A DNA stretch of 62,507 nt, the filler included, from Hausera hauseri (lineage: Eukaryota), in NCBI GenBank assembly GCA_046269625.1. It is 12 parts of 12 records of this genome, joined end to end, with 100 filler letters (N's around TTAATTAATTAA, not from the genome) between each part and the next. Parts side by side here need not be neighbours in the genome. Positions count along the whole stretch, not along the records: positions 24,600 to 29,364 come from JBJURY010444580.1; positions 29,465 to 35,512 come from JBJURY010148312.1; positions 35,613 to 40,018 come from JBJURY010596778.1; 9 more parts are not named here. One strand, written 5' to 3'. A program made the translations under genes and the position numbers. Below, piece by piece: positions 25,342 through 37,934 of this stretch (within the stretch, counting starts at the first letter, position 1; each line of letters opens with the position of its first letter). The notes beneath the pieces are model-generated. The model saw nothing but the letters and a program-made list of their open reading frames with translations, was not told the origin of the DNA and searched no databases.

Positions 25342-25639
25342 GCCGTATTATTTTGTTTCTTTATAAGGATCTTCGTAGCTGAAAGGCCTACGATAGATTT
25401 CCGAACTATAGGAATTAATAGATCTCTTATCGCTGTCTCCGTATTGCGGTGTCGAAGGGCGCAACATTGGCAAAGGCGGCCTAAGCGTATTACGATTGCA
25501 TATCTTAAAGACCGCGTCTCCTCCCTTAGGTTCATCACCATCTGAATTGTATCTTCGGAATTTCATATTTTTTGTCCTTTCGTTTCCGATTATAATAGCC
25601 AATGTGTCTCTCCACGTCGCCTTTCCATTTGTTTTCTTC

Positions 25640-27393
25640 GTAAGCTTTCAAAAATTTTCCAAACGGTGTTATGACTGCAGTTAAAATTTTGCATAAAAAT
25701 CCGGTCAAGGTAAATATTTCATAGACATTTATAATGGGTTGAATTATGGCCTTTATGAGTTGTACCAAGAAGTAGATGGCCAAAAATCCAGATGCAGCTT
25801 GTCAAGAGATTAAAAATCTTCCCCAGATTTTATATAGTATCGCTGTAGTGACTCTTTGATAATGATTAACGCCAAATAGAGATTCCCATTTTGCTTGATA
25901 GCGAGTGTCATCCTTCACCGTCGACATGGATCTATTTAGCTTATGCGTACGCTGTCAAGGGAAAGCTAGAAATTGTCGAAATGCCACAATTTCCTTTGGT
26001 CTGTAAATTCCTTTACTGACGGTGTCGGCGAACTTATCGTCCGTTATACCCTTTAGCAAATTTGTCTCGGTTAATTTGACAGGTGTGGCTGTTATTCATC
26101 CATTTGGTAAACTCACCCAGTCTGTCTCAGTTCTCTTGAACATAGGTTCGCTTAATCCTGCTTTGAATTCTTTAAAAATTGTTGGATGGGTTGAATTTTC
26201 CAATAGAACCCATGTAAGTGACATCACCAATTCTTGAATATAGCGTTTTTTTCTATGTTTATGGATACGTCCCGTTTTTCTAATTCGTAGATTAACAGAA
26301 TTTCTCTAGTAACTCTTCCAAAAATTCCTTCCTTCATTGGAATTACGGGTGATGCTATTTCTGAATTTGCATAGATTAAGGCTATTTTGGTCCTCATAAT
26401 TTCTATATCCAATTTACAGTCATTTGCAATCATTTTATGATATCGTTCTGCTAATCCGATTTGTCCTTTATAATATAAGTAAAATTACGAGTCAAGTAAC
26501 CTTCTATTCTTACGTCTTGTGTTTCCAAAGCAAAAGTAGTTATTGCAGCTTCTGCCACAAAGAACGCTTCATAATTGGTTGCGTACATTACTACATTACA
26601 ACGGGAAAGCACTGCTTTAATCCGTGATCCTTGGAGATCAGTATCATGGGTGTGGATTGTTCGGCTACGTTTTTCCTTGACCTGGCATTGTTGTCAATTA
26701 TGCCCACATATCTTTTTCCTGTGGTTTCATTAAAATTCATTTCTTTTATTTTAATAAAGTTACTATCGTTCATAGGGGGTGGAATCCAAATAACTATCGA
26801 GTTTCGGAAAGCATAGGCACCATTTTGGATACGACACTTCTGATTTTCGGTATATGCTTTTGTAACACTATGGAACATCATCTTTTGGTTCCTCATTTTT
26901 GTCTCACAGAAATCCACTACTACTATTCCTGCTTCCTTTCCTTTTCCTGTATCATATCCGGTGTGCATATCTAATTTCCCAACTGCCACTTTATATACTC
27001 GAATTATCGTTCCTGGTTGGGCTTCTAGCTCCATCCAATCCCATCTTAATCTTCCGGTTTCTTTGGCTTGTTTACACTGTTGTCGATCTAGATCCATAGG
27101 AATTAGTGGAGTCGTTGGTTTTACGATTGATGAATGTCCGTGCATGTTTCCGCAGTGGAAAATTCTTCGCGATCTTCGTAACATACACTCATTCCATCTA
27201 TTGCGATTAGTTCGCCTTTCTGATATAGAAAATACTTTTTCTCAATAGTTACTAACTTGTGAGTTCGGGCGTCTTCACATAATTCCAGATCCATCAGGGA
27301 ATATTTTTGACCTATCTTAAACTTATCACAGTCGCATACCCTGATTACACCGAGTTGTCTTATTAACATCATAAGTGTTATTAGTTTAATCAT
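25640..27393 (-). pseudogene. env: Chuvirus-G-like (class III / gB-type) envelope glycoprotein
   Basis: Signal peptide MIKLITLMMLI; CDC...YSLMDLELC; IFHCGNMHGHSSIV; CKQAKETG; DCKLD...EGIFGRVTREILLIY; GIYRPKE...FLAFP; membrane region IWGRF...ASGFLAIYFLVQLIKAII. The motif order matches chuvirus-type glycoproteins. Frameshifted. Confidence 0.8.
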
Positions 27394-27623
27394 CCAATTT
27401 TATTCGCTATCTCTCGTTGAGTTGGTAGGTATTAAATTTCTTACCACATCCTCAATTCTAGTAGTTGGACTGTTTCCATCTTCGTCGTCAAATAGTTTGG
27501 ACCAATTTCCTTTAAAGGATTTTCTTTAATAGCTAAGTAAAATATCACTTTCCTCAATTCTTCTTTAGTATTTTCTACCATAATTTTCTCGATTACGATT
27601 TCATCCGGTAGATTACTTTTGAA

Positions 27624-28052
27624 TCAAAATATTTTCATTATCTTTGCTGCGTCATATATTGCCTTTTCTTTATGATCTAATATATCTTTCCTTGATCCCG
27701 AATAGTTCACTATTTTTATAGTATTTCTCAACAACTCGTTCAATTCTTCGCTATCGGAATTAATCGTGGACATGGGTAGTTGTCTTAGTTCTCGGATCAG
27801 AGCGGCATTTTCTTCAGTATCATCTCTTATTTTTCTTGGCCTTCCAACTGGTCGTCTCTGTTTCGGCGCAGTCAGTATGGCTCCACTAATCGGTACTAAA
27901 TTCTTATCATAGTGTTCCTTATCTTCTTCACTTTGGAGGTAGTCAAAGTACATGGTAGGCTTTCGAACTCCCATAATGCGTCCTACGCAATGTTCATCTC
28001 TTGCTTTCCTTACAGCCTCGTCTTTTGTCTGTTCATCGGTAATTATAGCCAC
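27624..28052 (-). pseudogene. AT-hook-containing segment, same frame as the Ubl ORF
   Basis: Canonical AT-hook RRPVGRPRK. A single stop separates it from the Ubl ORF. Confidence 0.55.
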
Positions 28053-28064
28053 TATTTTATTTGA

Positions 28065-29364
28065 TTACTCCGGAATAATCCCAACGTCTATTAGTAGCTC
28101 GGGTTCGTCCAGTATCCTACCTCGAAAATATAACCGATAATTTACTTCATCCTTACCACTATTTTGCACTATCCATTGTTTTACTTCTTTAATCGATGTT
28201 ATCGTTGTACATTCACTTTCTCTCTCTTCCATCCAATCAGCTGATATTTTTACCTTAATCACTGTTTCGGGTTTGGCTCTCAAGAAATCGGTGTATTTCT
28301 TTATCAATAGTCTGCGTACTGAGCTATAAACGACATTTTCGCTCGATAGTTTAGTTAATGTAGGGATCAATTGTCTCAGTTTACTTTCTGTCATGTTGAC
28401 GTTAATTTGTTCGATTAAATCTTTCTCGGTCATTGCGGGATCTAAAATCATCTCTAAATTAAATCGTCGGTCTATTGGGAGAGTATCCATTTGTTGAAGT
28501 TGGATGGGCGTTTTTGGGTTTTGGTTGTACACATCGTCCAAATAAGCATCCCATCCTGAGTCGTCTGTAACGTCTGGAAGTCCATAATCTAGCGATACCG
28601 TGGACGCGTTTCGTACACTTTCGCGGGTTTCGTTAAACCTCGGCTGTATTTCTTTCATTAAATTTGTTCGAAACTCTATTTCGTTTCCACATGCAAGTTA
28701 TATCGTTTTTATTGTCGGTCCTAGTTCGTCTGTAAGGAACAATCCTTTTCTTTCGTAATCTGTTAATTCGCTAGTTACATCCGTTAACCATCTTTGTACG
28801 ATTTCTCTTTTATTCATTATTTCCGATTGCGTGATCTTATATTTATTTTTATAAGTCTACAATTCTTTGCCTAATTCATCTAACTTCGTAGCTCTTTGCT
28901 TTGTGCGAATTCGCAATTCTATATTTTTAACTTGAGTCGTCAATTGTCGTGTCTTGTCGTCATCTATTTCTGCCATTGTCGATAGCAGCGATACTAGTCC
29001 GTGCATTTCCTTTAGAGTTTTCGAATCTGGATCTATTTCTTCAATCAGTCTCTTTATGAATTTAGCCTCGTGCGGTGTGAGGTGACAATCTTTCGTTATT
29101 TCTATCAATTCCACGTGGCAATTCTGGTCGGTACCCGATGACCAATCGAGAGGACGATGTAGAAATTTTACTATTCTAATGCAATTCGATGATTTGGACA
29201 AATGTCCAGCGTTGTTAACTGACATATCGATATGTCATCTATTGGCCTTGTTGTCAAGTGTCGTACACCTTCTAGGCGGACACCTTTTAGTCGCATTGAT
29301 AAGGAGATATTTTTTGTTTCGCTTATAATTCCATTTCTTCGACCGTCGTATACAATTCTTCTGA
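28065..29364 (-). pseudogene. Unknown polyprotein segment ending in a ubiquitin-like domain
   Basis: ORFs 28857-29225 and 28065-28658 share a frame. The C-terminus VIKVKI...TSIKEVKQWIVQNSGKDEVNYRLYFRGRILDEPELLIDVGI resembles ubiquitin's TI..VK.KI....G......RLIF.GK.L.....L.DY.I. Confidence 0.6.
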
Positions 29365-29464
29365 NNNNNNNNNNNNNNNNNNNNNNNNNNNNNNNNNNNN
29401 NNNNNNNNTTAATTAATTAANNNNNNNNNNNNNNNNNNNNNNNNNNNNNNNNNNNNNNNNNNNN

Positions 29465-31140
29465 GACAGACAGAACCGTTCGGATTCAACTGTTCATCGG
29501 GAATGTTTTCCAGAATATATGTAACCAACTTCACTAGATCTTCACTTGAATCTTCATTTGCCATATAAAGTCGAAGAATTCTATTTGCTCGGGTCAACCA
29601 TCTTACGTGATGCATAGCACCAGGTTCTGCATGTTTCAAGAATTTCATGTTATCTTGATTTGATAATTCTGATCCTTGCTGCACTATTAATCCTGCCTTT
29701 AGTAAATACATTTGATCCTTGCTTAATTGGCTGACAACTTCTGCTGATGATGCAACTATATTTGTGTATTGCTTTGAAATTGATCATGGATAAATCTTTG
29801 GAATCAAAACTCAATTCTTTGCCAATTATACCCTTGAAACATCCAGGACCTGTAGCTTCACCATCCAAAAGTTTAAACACATCCCGAAACGGAATCTCAT
29901 TGCAATGCAGCAAGCATATGAGCTATTGCACTGGTCTCTTTAATAACACTTCTATCAGTCTTATGATTCCATTTCGTAATCCTGTATTTACATTAGTTCC
30001 ATCAGACACTACAGCGATCAGTGATTTCTCAGAATCTCTTTCCTTCAGAACTGACAGGATTTCATTGGCTACACTATGTGATTTAGCATTCTGTGGCGCA
30101 ACATCATCAACATACACATCACCAGGATAAGATACCAGCACAAAATGATTTTCTTTTTTTCATCTCCTGCTTCTGCGTTTCATCATCTAATTTGGTAATT
30201 AACCGAGTTTCACCAATCCGTCCATCAAATCCTATACATTGCAACTGTCGAATGCTTTCAAAGTGAGATATAGCTTCTTTTTGTCATCCGTAAATCCTCT
30301 GTCTGCGAAACTTAGTAATATCAATAATATTTTCTGAAGAATTTTGATGTAAGTCTTTTAAACAAGCATTGATAATCTGGCAAGCTGCTCGGTTGCTTAT
30401 ACCAGTCCGTCCATTATTTTGGAATGTATTGGATATGAATGTCTGTTCTGTGTATCTTTATTTTCATCACTGAAATCTGATTGGTCAGTGGATTCTTTTG
30501 AATTATCTGAATTATCCTCATCACTATTGGATCTGGGAACTGTCATCTCTTCCTGACCTGTCTCACTATCGCTATCAGGATTGAGATAAACTGGATGAAA
30601 CAGTGTGCGCTTTTTTGTACAATTTAAACCTTTCAACTCTTATCCTTCTCTTCTGTAGTTTGACGGTTTCTTTTCGGTCAATTTTGTCAATATACATTTC
30701 ATGCTTGAACTTGATCTATTCACAAATCCTATTCGTTCAGCGGAGCTTTCGTTACACACGAGCAGACACTTATGGATGTTATTCCTTTCTCCACATATTT
30801 GCATGGACATATGTCAAAGACCTTCTTGAAAGAATCCAGTTCCAATTGAGATTTTGAAGATGTTCGTTTCTCACCTGGATACTTCTGTAATTCTTGTTCT
30901 TTCTTTATTAATCTATTCAAGTTGATTACAATGCTATTATAATCAATTATGGGAAGACTTGCTTTATTCCACACATGATGAACATCATCAGAAATTTTTT
31001 TCACAATTTTACTTGTGTTTGATGCAGATGAATCAGATTCCCGGTGTTAAATATTTCTTCAATACGTCTTCGGCTGTCGGAAGCTGAACGTCCAAAAATT
31101 TACTTGGTTGACCAAGAATTGAATGGCACATCATTCCTCT
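29465..31140 (-). pseudogene. hAT-superfamily (hATx-like) transposase
   Basis: VWNKASLP, VFDICPC, SDGTNVNTG...LICLLHCNE (CxxH), LSKDQMYL, PGAMHHVRWLTRANRILRLY (RW motif). Confidence 0.78.
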
Positions 31141-31684
31141 CGTAGAAATTTATTTCTTACTTGCCGTACTGAAGATACAAAATCAATTTAAATGTCTGAA
31201 AACATTATATTCAACTAGTAGTGCGCATCTATAAGAAAAGTGCAACATTCATGCAAACCATTGCAAGTTGGGACTGGTAAATGCTTTTTAAATATGAATT
31301 TTTATCATTTTTCATTTATTTATATCAGGGAACAACCATTTGGATATGTACAGATATGTAAAATTCGACCCTTTGGCCAGTGAAGATTTAAGTACTAATA
31401 GGACCAAAGTAATCAAATTTTGCATGTTTAAAATATACCATTAAATAATCCTAATAGTAGTACATCACAATATATGCACTCGTCATCGATTATGAAAAAA
31501 CGTTTTGCCAACGAAGTTAAAATAATGCAATGTGACACTTCGCAATTGTACAAATCTCCCACACTACGTTTAGGAATTTTAAACTTTTTTGAACATTTTC
31601 ATTACCTTTCACGAGTTAATGTTCTTCCAATACTCGATTTATCGTGTTTTCATGATTTTCTGTCAATCTGAAATGTATTCCCAT

Positions 31685-32258
31685 TGTTAGGCTCGGGCGC
31701 GTCCAAGCTGTGCACCTCGCCGCCCAGCTTGAGTTGGGTTGAAAAATCCCGGCCCCGTGGTATACCCGCTAAAGCGGAATTTCACCATTTGTAATCACTC
31801 ATTGAAAAGTTAATACGAGTTGTTCAAAATTTTATTATTATCTTAAAACACTCATTTCGAAACACATTTTCTGAAATTCTCAATTTAAAATAAATTTTTC
31901 AGATTAAAATTTTAAATTAATTTCGTGATTTGTTTTTCTCATTTTAAATATGCTTCTAATTTAAATTCAGAATTTCAGTTCTCAATTAGATTCTCACATC
32001 CCCCTTTTTTAAGAATCTTCGTAATATCTCTACATTTCTCTCCATGGTTCAGCCATCTTCATGTCCTAGTACATATCGTCTATCGTGTACTTTCTCAATG
32101 ATCGTGTATGGCCTTAGTATTTGTCTTTCTCCTTTGTTCCGGATGCCTTCCGTACCAGCACCTAATCCCCTTTTAACGTCCTTTTTACCGTGGTTCTTTC
32201 CTGACCCTCTGTATTTTTCGTTTCTGTTGGCTTTTTGTCCATAACATATTTCTCTATA
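31685..32258 (-). mobile_element. Gypsy 3' end: integrase C-terminus, PPT and 314-bp 3' LTR
   Basis: PYTIIEKVHDRRYVL...RNVEILRRF, then AAAAAAGGGGGA PPT, then an LTR reading TGTGAG...CCTAACA (31998 to 31685). Confidence 0.75.
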
Positions 32259-32260
32259 TA

Positions 32261-33553
32261 CTAGATCGTCCAAAAAGTTTCGGGCAGCAAAATTTCGACA
32301 CTTCCATAAACGTTTTATTTACAAAAATACTCCAATTACTAATAACAACATAAATTTATTCAAAGTAAAGTCAATCATTCTCAAAAACATGGTGACATCG
32401 TTGTGCAAGTAATCTGAACTGTTTTAGGTACCAATCACGGTTTTTAGAAGCAAAAAACTCATGACAAGCTTCTTCAACCTCCTCAACTGTTCCAAACCTC
32501 CGACCACGCAAGAAATGCTCCACTGAACGAAACAAGCCATCGTCTGTTGGTGCTATGTCAGGGATATAGGGAGGATGTGGTAATACTTCAAATTCATCTA
32601 ATTCTTTAATTTTTTGTTGGGTTAATTTAGTACGATGTGGCGGAGCATTGCCGTGCTGCAAAAGAGCACGTTTTCGGTTCGAATAATTTTTCTTTCAAAA
32701 TGTTGGAAACACGATCCATCCGTTGGCAGTAAACAACAGAATTAATGGCTTGACCATCTGGAAGAAACTTGAAATACAAAACACATTCAAAGTTCCACGA
32801 AACACTGATCATCATCTTTTTACCAAAGCGGTCTTGCTGAACAACCGATACTGTTTCTTCCACACACTTTACCCACTGCTTCCTTCGATTATTATTTACC
32901 AAAAAAATCCACTTTTCATCAAAAGCTACTATACGCTTCAAAAATCTGTCATCTAATGGATTATTTAGCAATTTCTGGCATATTTCAGCACGTCAAGTCA
33001 TACGGATTAAGAATGTAACCAAGTTGTTTCAAATGGTTATGAATTGTTTGCTTGTATGTACTCAGAGCTAATGCCAAATCGCTTGTGCTTGAGTGAGGTT
33101 GCTCCTGTAACACATCACACAACTCTTGCTTGTTTACTATACATGGCCTTCCTGGTCTAGGTTTGTCTTGGAGGCTGACGTCACTTTCGTTGAAACGTTG
33201 AAACCATTTTGCAGCAGTAGATTTGCTTACTTTCCCTTCAAATTCAATACTGCAAATTTCCATAACAGCGTCTCTAGTAGACAAACCTTTCTTCCAGTGA
33301 TGTCGTAACAATACTCTAATTGCAATTTTTCATCGAACATTTCCCTGATATTTGAAATCTGATGTTTTATTATATGGCACATTACCAAATCTTTAATATC
33401 AACCAATCAGAAACAATTATCACTACTGCACTGAAAATTTCACCAGGTCAATTTCACGCTACATTGTAATTAGTAATTAGAATGTTTTTTGTAAATAAAA
33501 CGTTTTTGGAAGTGTCGCAATTTTGCTGCCCGGAAACTTTTTGGACGACCTAG
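32261..33553 (-). mobile_element. Full-length degenerate mariner with ~80-bp TIRs
   Basis: TIRs CTAG(A/G)TCGTCCAAAAAGTTT... at both ends flanked by TA. Motifs WFQRFNES..LQDKPRPGRP, IVAFDEKW, QHGNAPPH, HPPYIPDIAPTDDGLF. Confidence 0.93.
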
Positions 33554-34509
33554 TAAAACAAAGAATATCAGATTAGTATGTTTGAAAAATCGATCTAATA
33601 TGCCAAATATTTGTCAAAAATGTTTGAGTCATTCTGACCCGTGTAATTATTTTGTCCAAATAGAAATAGTAATTATATTATTCGAAAGTCGAATAATAAG
33701 GAAGTTATTAAGGAACTGTATGAAGATGTAGTTGAACGAACGGAAGGATTAAAGATTTTTGAAAAGACTGTAAAAGGCTGGTATTAGAATAAGTTGAAAA
33801 ATTAATAAAACAGTGAAACATTTTCAATTAAATACTTACACTTTTTCACTTCATCGGCAATTAATTTTGGAATCGTTTCAAGTTTCTTATGGATATTATC
33901 TACATCTTTCCGTATTTCTGCTATTTTGTCTGTGGATAAATAAAATTAAAATACTATGCTACTTTAGTTTACGAGTAAAAAGAATCAGATTCAAAATGCA
34001 TAAAATAATTGTTGACACGACAAAATGTCTACTGGATATTGAATACCATAAATCAGTACTGAATAACTTGGTCTTAATAACATTTTCAATCACCCAATTT
34101 TTCGTAATCCCTAATCCAAAATTAGTTGGACGAATAAAATTCTCTGGTACGTAAATAGTTGAATAAAACAGTTGGATTAGGTGCGAATAGTGCATGATAA
34201 TCTAAGAAAGATTTTGAAACAAAAGACTGGAAGCGTTTGGCATGAAAGTGTCATGAACATGTCATACATCTACAAGAAAAGTAACTTCATACTAGGTTTT
34301 GATATTTAGTGTTTCATATTGAATCCGGATCTGTGATTTAAATTATGTTCCGACCAATTTTTCATAGTAAAATATTGATTTTTCTGAGAGAAAAAAATGT
34401 ACCAAGTTAATTCTAACATTGCTGCTTCGTATTTTCAAGCACCTCTAGCATTATGAAATCATTTGCCATTTATAACTATTTACGATCCATTGTATCGAAT
34501 ACCTCTCAG

Positions 34510-35180
34510 AATGAACACATCAAACATATTACGAAAGATTTCTGTGATTGGGTATCCGGCCTTGGTGGTGATACGAATAATATCGAAGAACCTACAGTAA
34601 CAAGCCTATTCGCCAGTGGTTACGAAACAAAACCGGCTCTTTCTGTTCCAATTCACGTAATCGAACTTACCAATATTCCTCCTGAACTTCGAGGCAATGT
34701 CGCACTACCGAATCAAAGAGAAGAATTCAAAACAGAATCCAATCTATCCGAAAAGGTTTCCAATGTTACCATAATATCATAAATCGGGAATTTCTTTTCC
34801 GCAGATTCTACGAACAACTGGTGGTGATTTTGAAAAATTTCGTTACGGTGCTTGGTACTTACCACAGCGGTTTTGGACAAAGACAAAGGCCAATGAAAAA
34901 TTGATCGATCCGAAATCCCTGTGGAATCCGAAACAAGAAGAACAGAAAGCTAAAATGCAGAATCTCAATACGGATTTAGCTCATCTTGAAAGTCCCGAAT
35001 TATTTGACAAATTCGTCGATAAATACGGCAAAAGGCGACCAAAGGTAGAGTGACAAATTTGTCGAAAATACTATCGGCCCATTTGATATTTTGATTTAGT
35101 TTCTCGTTGAAGTTGCTGCAATTAAGAAGCAGATTGATGAAGAAAAGTTGGCTGCACGAGATGAGGAGAAACAAAAATGA
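34510..35180 (+). CDS. FAM47-like protein, last three exons (34510-34755, 34805-35044, 35100-35180)
   Basis: ITKDFCDWVSGLGG..NNIEE.T..SLFASGYETKPALSVPI, RYGAWYLP..W, FDKFVDKYGKRRPKFL. GT-AG introns of 49 and 55 nt preserve the frame to TGA at 35178-35180. Confidence 0.75.
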
Positions 35181-35612
35181 TTTGGATTGATTTTTTGTAT
35201 CTTTTTTGATCCGAATTATTGATAATATTATTGATATTACAATTTTGTTTTTGATTTGATTATAAAATTCATCCGAGCCTGAAGCAAGGAAGGAAAATGG
35301 GGCATTAAAGAGAGATATTGCAGAACAAGGAAAACAGAGTAGAACAAACAAACTGTTTGACTTTTTTATTGAATAAATTCAAGCACCACAAACAGTAGGA
35401 CGGTAGTCCCTCATTTATTGTGGGAATCCAGACCCTGAAGACCTGCGATAAATGAAAAACCATGAAGTAGGAATAGTAGTACAAGTAGTAAGTAGTAGTC
35501 TATATATATATANNNNNNNNNNNNNNNNNNNNNNNNNNNNNNNNNNNNNNNNNNNNTTAATTAATTAANNNNNNNNNNNNNNNNNNNNNNNNNNNNNNNN
35601 NNNNNNNNNNNN

Positions 35613-36030
35613 AAAGAATATGATTTTCCAAAATTGAAGATCAACTTAATTTTTGTTACAAAATCTAGTATCGGCAGCTTTGTAAACCATAAAGATTGAT
35701 TGGCTGACCCCTTGTGTTCGAGCATAGTTTATAGTTATAGATGTGACGACTGCTCAGCCGTCTTCATAGGGAGCACAACTCGGCAGTTCTATGTACGTGT
35801 GCGCGAGCACAGGGAAGTTTCACCGAGAACAGGTAACGTCATCTCAAACCCGTCTCACTCTAGTATTAGAGCTCATGCTTTCTCCAAACAACACCCAATA
35901 AATAGTGACAGCTTCAAAATTATTTCCCAAGAACAACCAACCAACGAATTTACGTATTTTAGATACCTTATTTATAAAAACACTTCAACCTGGTTTGAAC
36001 ACGGACCTATCATCCGTAAAGCTCTATATG
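35613..36030 (+). mobile_element. Penelope-like element GIY-YIG endonuclease (3' part)
   Basis: SSIVYSYRCDDCSAVFIGSTTRQFYVRVREH..VSPRTG...SSIRAH...FKII, then a frameshifted LRILDTLFIKTLQPGLN. Confidence 0.85.
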
Positions 36031-36109
36031 CTGTGATATTTGTGACTCTTTACTTTCTGTCATCTTGGATCTTGGTATGTTTATGTGTTATATTTTACCA
36101 TTCTATTTA

Positions 36110-36498
36110 TTAATAGTACTAAACATTATTTATATGGCAGGCAATTAACACTAAGGCTAAACCACAAAGCAACTACATTTATGCTCCCGACTACGAAACA
36201 GTTTCAAACCCGGATTGACTTGATACGCAATTTGGACATCCACGTCGAATATAGAAAAGAAGAGTATACATGGACGCACTCCAAAGAAATGCTTGCAATG
36301 AATATTAATTATATCAGGAAAATTCAAATACATATAAACTGAAAACGAAGATTTTTCAGCTTCATGGGGAACAAATACAATTACTTGACAAAACGACAAC
36401 GACCAGATTGAGAAAATAATGAAGAAAAGTGCTGAAGAAGCAAACACTATCTTCAAGTATAAAGATGGATTAATCTTAACAAACGATAATAATATATG
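36110..36498 (+). pseudogene. Gypsy RNase H fragment
   Basis: KHYLYGRQLTLRLNHKA...LDIHVEYRK. Ends at the AGTAGG junction. Confidence 0.6.
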
Positions 36499-37046
36499 AG
36501 TAGGGGGAAGTGCCAGCTCCATCACACTTCTCTGATTGGTCAGTTGACCAGTGAGCACTCTACCGGACTTCTCTAATTGGTCAGTTGATTGGTTTTCCCC
36601 ACCTGATTGGCTATTTATAGCATTTCAAAAATTTTCTCACGACCCCCCCGCGGAACAAGCTTTGGACATCGATCCGACTCAAATCGGTAGCGCTCGACGA
36701 GCTGAGCACTAGAAGAGAAAGAAGCAAAACAGGAAATTCTCCACGTGTAACACGAAACATGTTGCTAGCGCTGAGAAAATGTGTACAAAGGGTAAATCGA
36801 TGTTTGCGAATCCAATGGACATGGTTGCAACTCAAACAGACCATGGGAACATGGGAAAAAATTGATGGGGAAATTTCAAATGGGGAAAATTTCCCCTTAC
36901 ACAAGTCAAGCGACGGTGAAAATGAGTTGAGCATGTAGCCAATCAAAAGTTGAGCCGCCACACGATCAGACAAAAGGATCCTGGTGAAAATGGCAACCGA
37001 ACGAACAAACGAACCGAAAAAACGCATTGTAAAAATTCTATGTCAT
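36499..37046 (+). repeat. Candidate Polinton terminus (starts AGTAGGGGG, CCAAT-box rich)
   Basis: Sharp junction with the gypsy sequence and several (G/A)ATTGG motifs at 36535-36610. Confidence 0.4.
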
Positions 37047-37127
37047 AGTAGGGGAAAAAGAGAGTTCTAGACCAGCGGGGGGGGGAGGTCCACCCACGCA
37101 CCGATTGACTAATCAGAAGCGGCTCGC

Positions 37128-37760
37128 ATGCTGATTGGTCAATTCGACAAGGGTAAGTTCAGTGGTGCGGTCGGATTTTGCGTGTCGCAAAAGACAAAGC
37201 CGGGAAATGCAAAGGAAAAAAGCGAACTGTTTCCAGAAGCAAAATTTGAGCAGGCATGGATAGGAGAAAGTGTAGAGTAGAGTACAGGCGTTCGAATGAT
37301 GTAGGAAACATGGGGTTCGCATGTCTAGGAAAAGCGGGAAAGTCGGTCAAAGAGAAGAAGAAGAAGAAAATGTGGCGCCAATGGAAACGCAGGTGGAACC
37401 ATTGATGTTAGCGCCGGTAAATGAACGGTTTTTGGTCAAATCGACAGCGGTGAGTTTAGTGGTGCGGTCGGTTTTTGCGTGGCGCAAAAGACAAAGGCGG
37501 GAAATGCAAAAGAAAAAAAGAAACAAAATTTGAGCAGGGAAAGTGTGTAGAGTAGAATATGGAGGCGTTTTAATGATGTGGGAAACATGGAGTTTTGGGA
37601 AAGTCCGTCAAGAGGAAAAGGTGACGCCAATGGAAACGCAGGTGAATCCATTGATGTTAACGCCGGTAAATGATCAAATCATCGACAACGGCGAGTTCAG
37701 TGGTGCGGTCAATTTTGCGTGTCGCGTCGCAGAAGACAAAGCCGGGATACGACAAGTTGA
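37128..37760. repeat. Degenerate subterminal tandem repeat (~240-300-bp units, about 2.3 copies)
   Basis: TCGACA..GG.GAGTT.AGTGGTGCGGTC..TTTTGCGTG recurs at ~37140, ~37440 and ~37680. Confidence 0.85.
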
Positions 37761-37934
37761 CACGTTCAATGGTGAGGCGTGACGTGAAACAAGTGTGCAT
37801 TACGCGCCAGACATGCATGGATGCAAAACGGTTGTGATGTGCGTGTAGCAATGGGACGTCAAAGTGATAACGCATATGTAACAAAATACTGTATTTCTCT
37901 CAAAATGAACGCAAAGTACAATAATCAACATTGT

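Noticed and set aside
19822-29364. Polinton capsid module and env retroelement forming one composite virus
   Set aside because: They are on different contigs separated by an artificial linker.
34965-35351. 128-aa minus-strand ORF
   Set aside because: Antisense shadow of the FAM47-like exons and 3' UTR.
36611-37884. Several 60-138 aa ORFs
   Set aside because: They lie within terminal and tandem repeats and are probably spurious.
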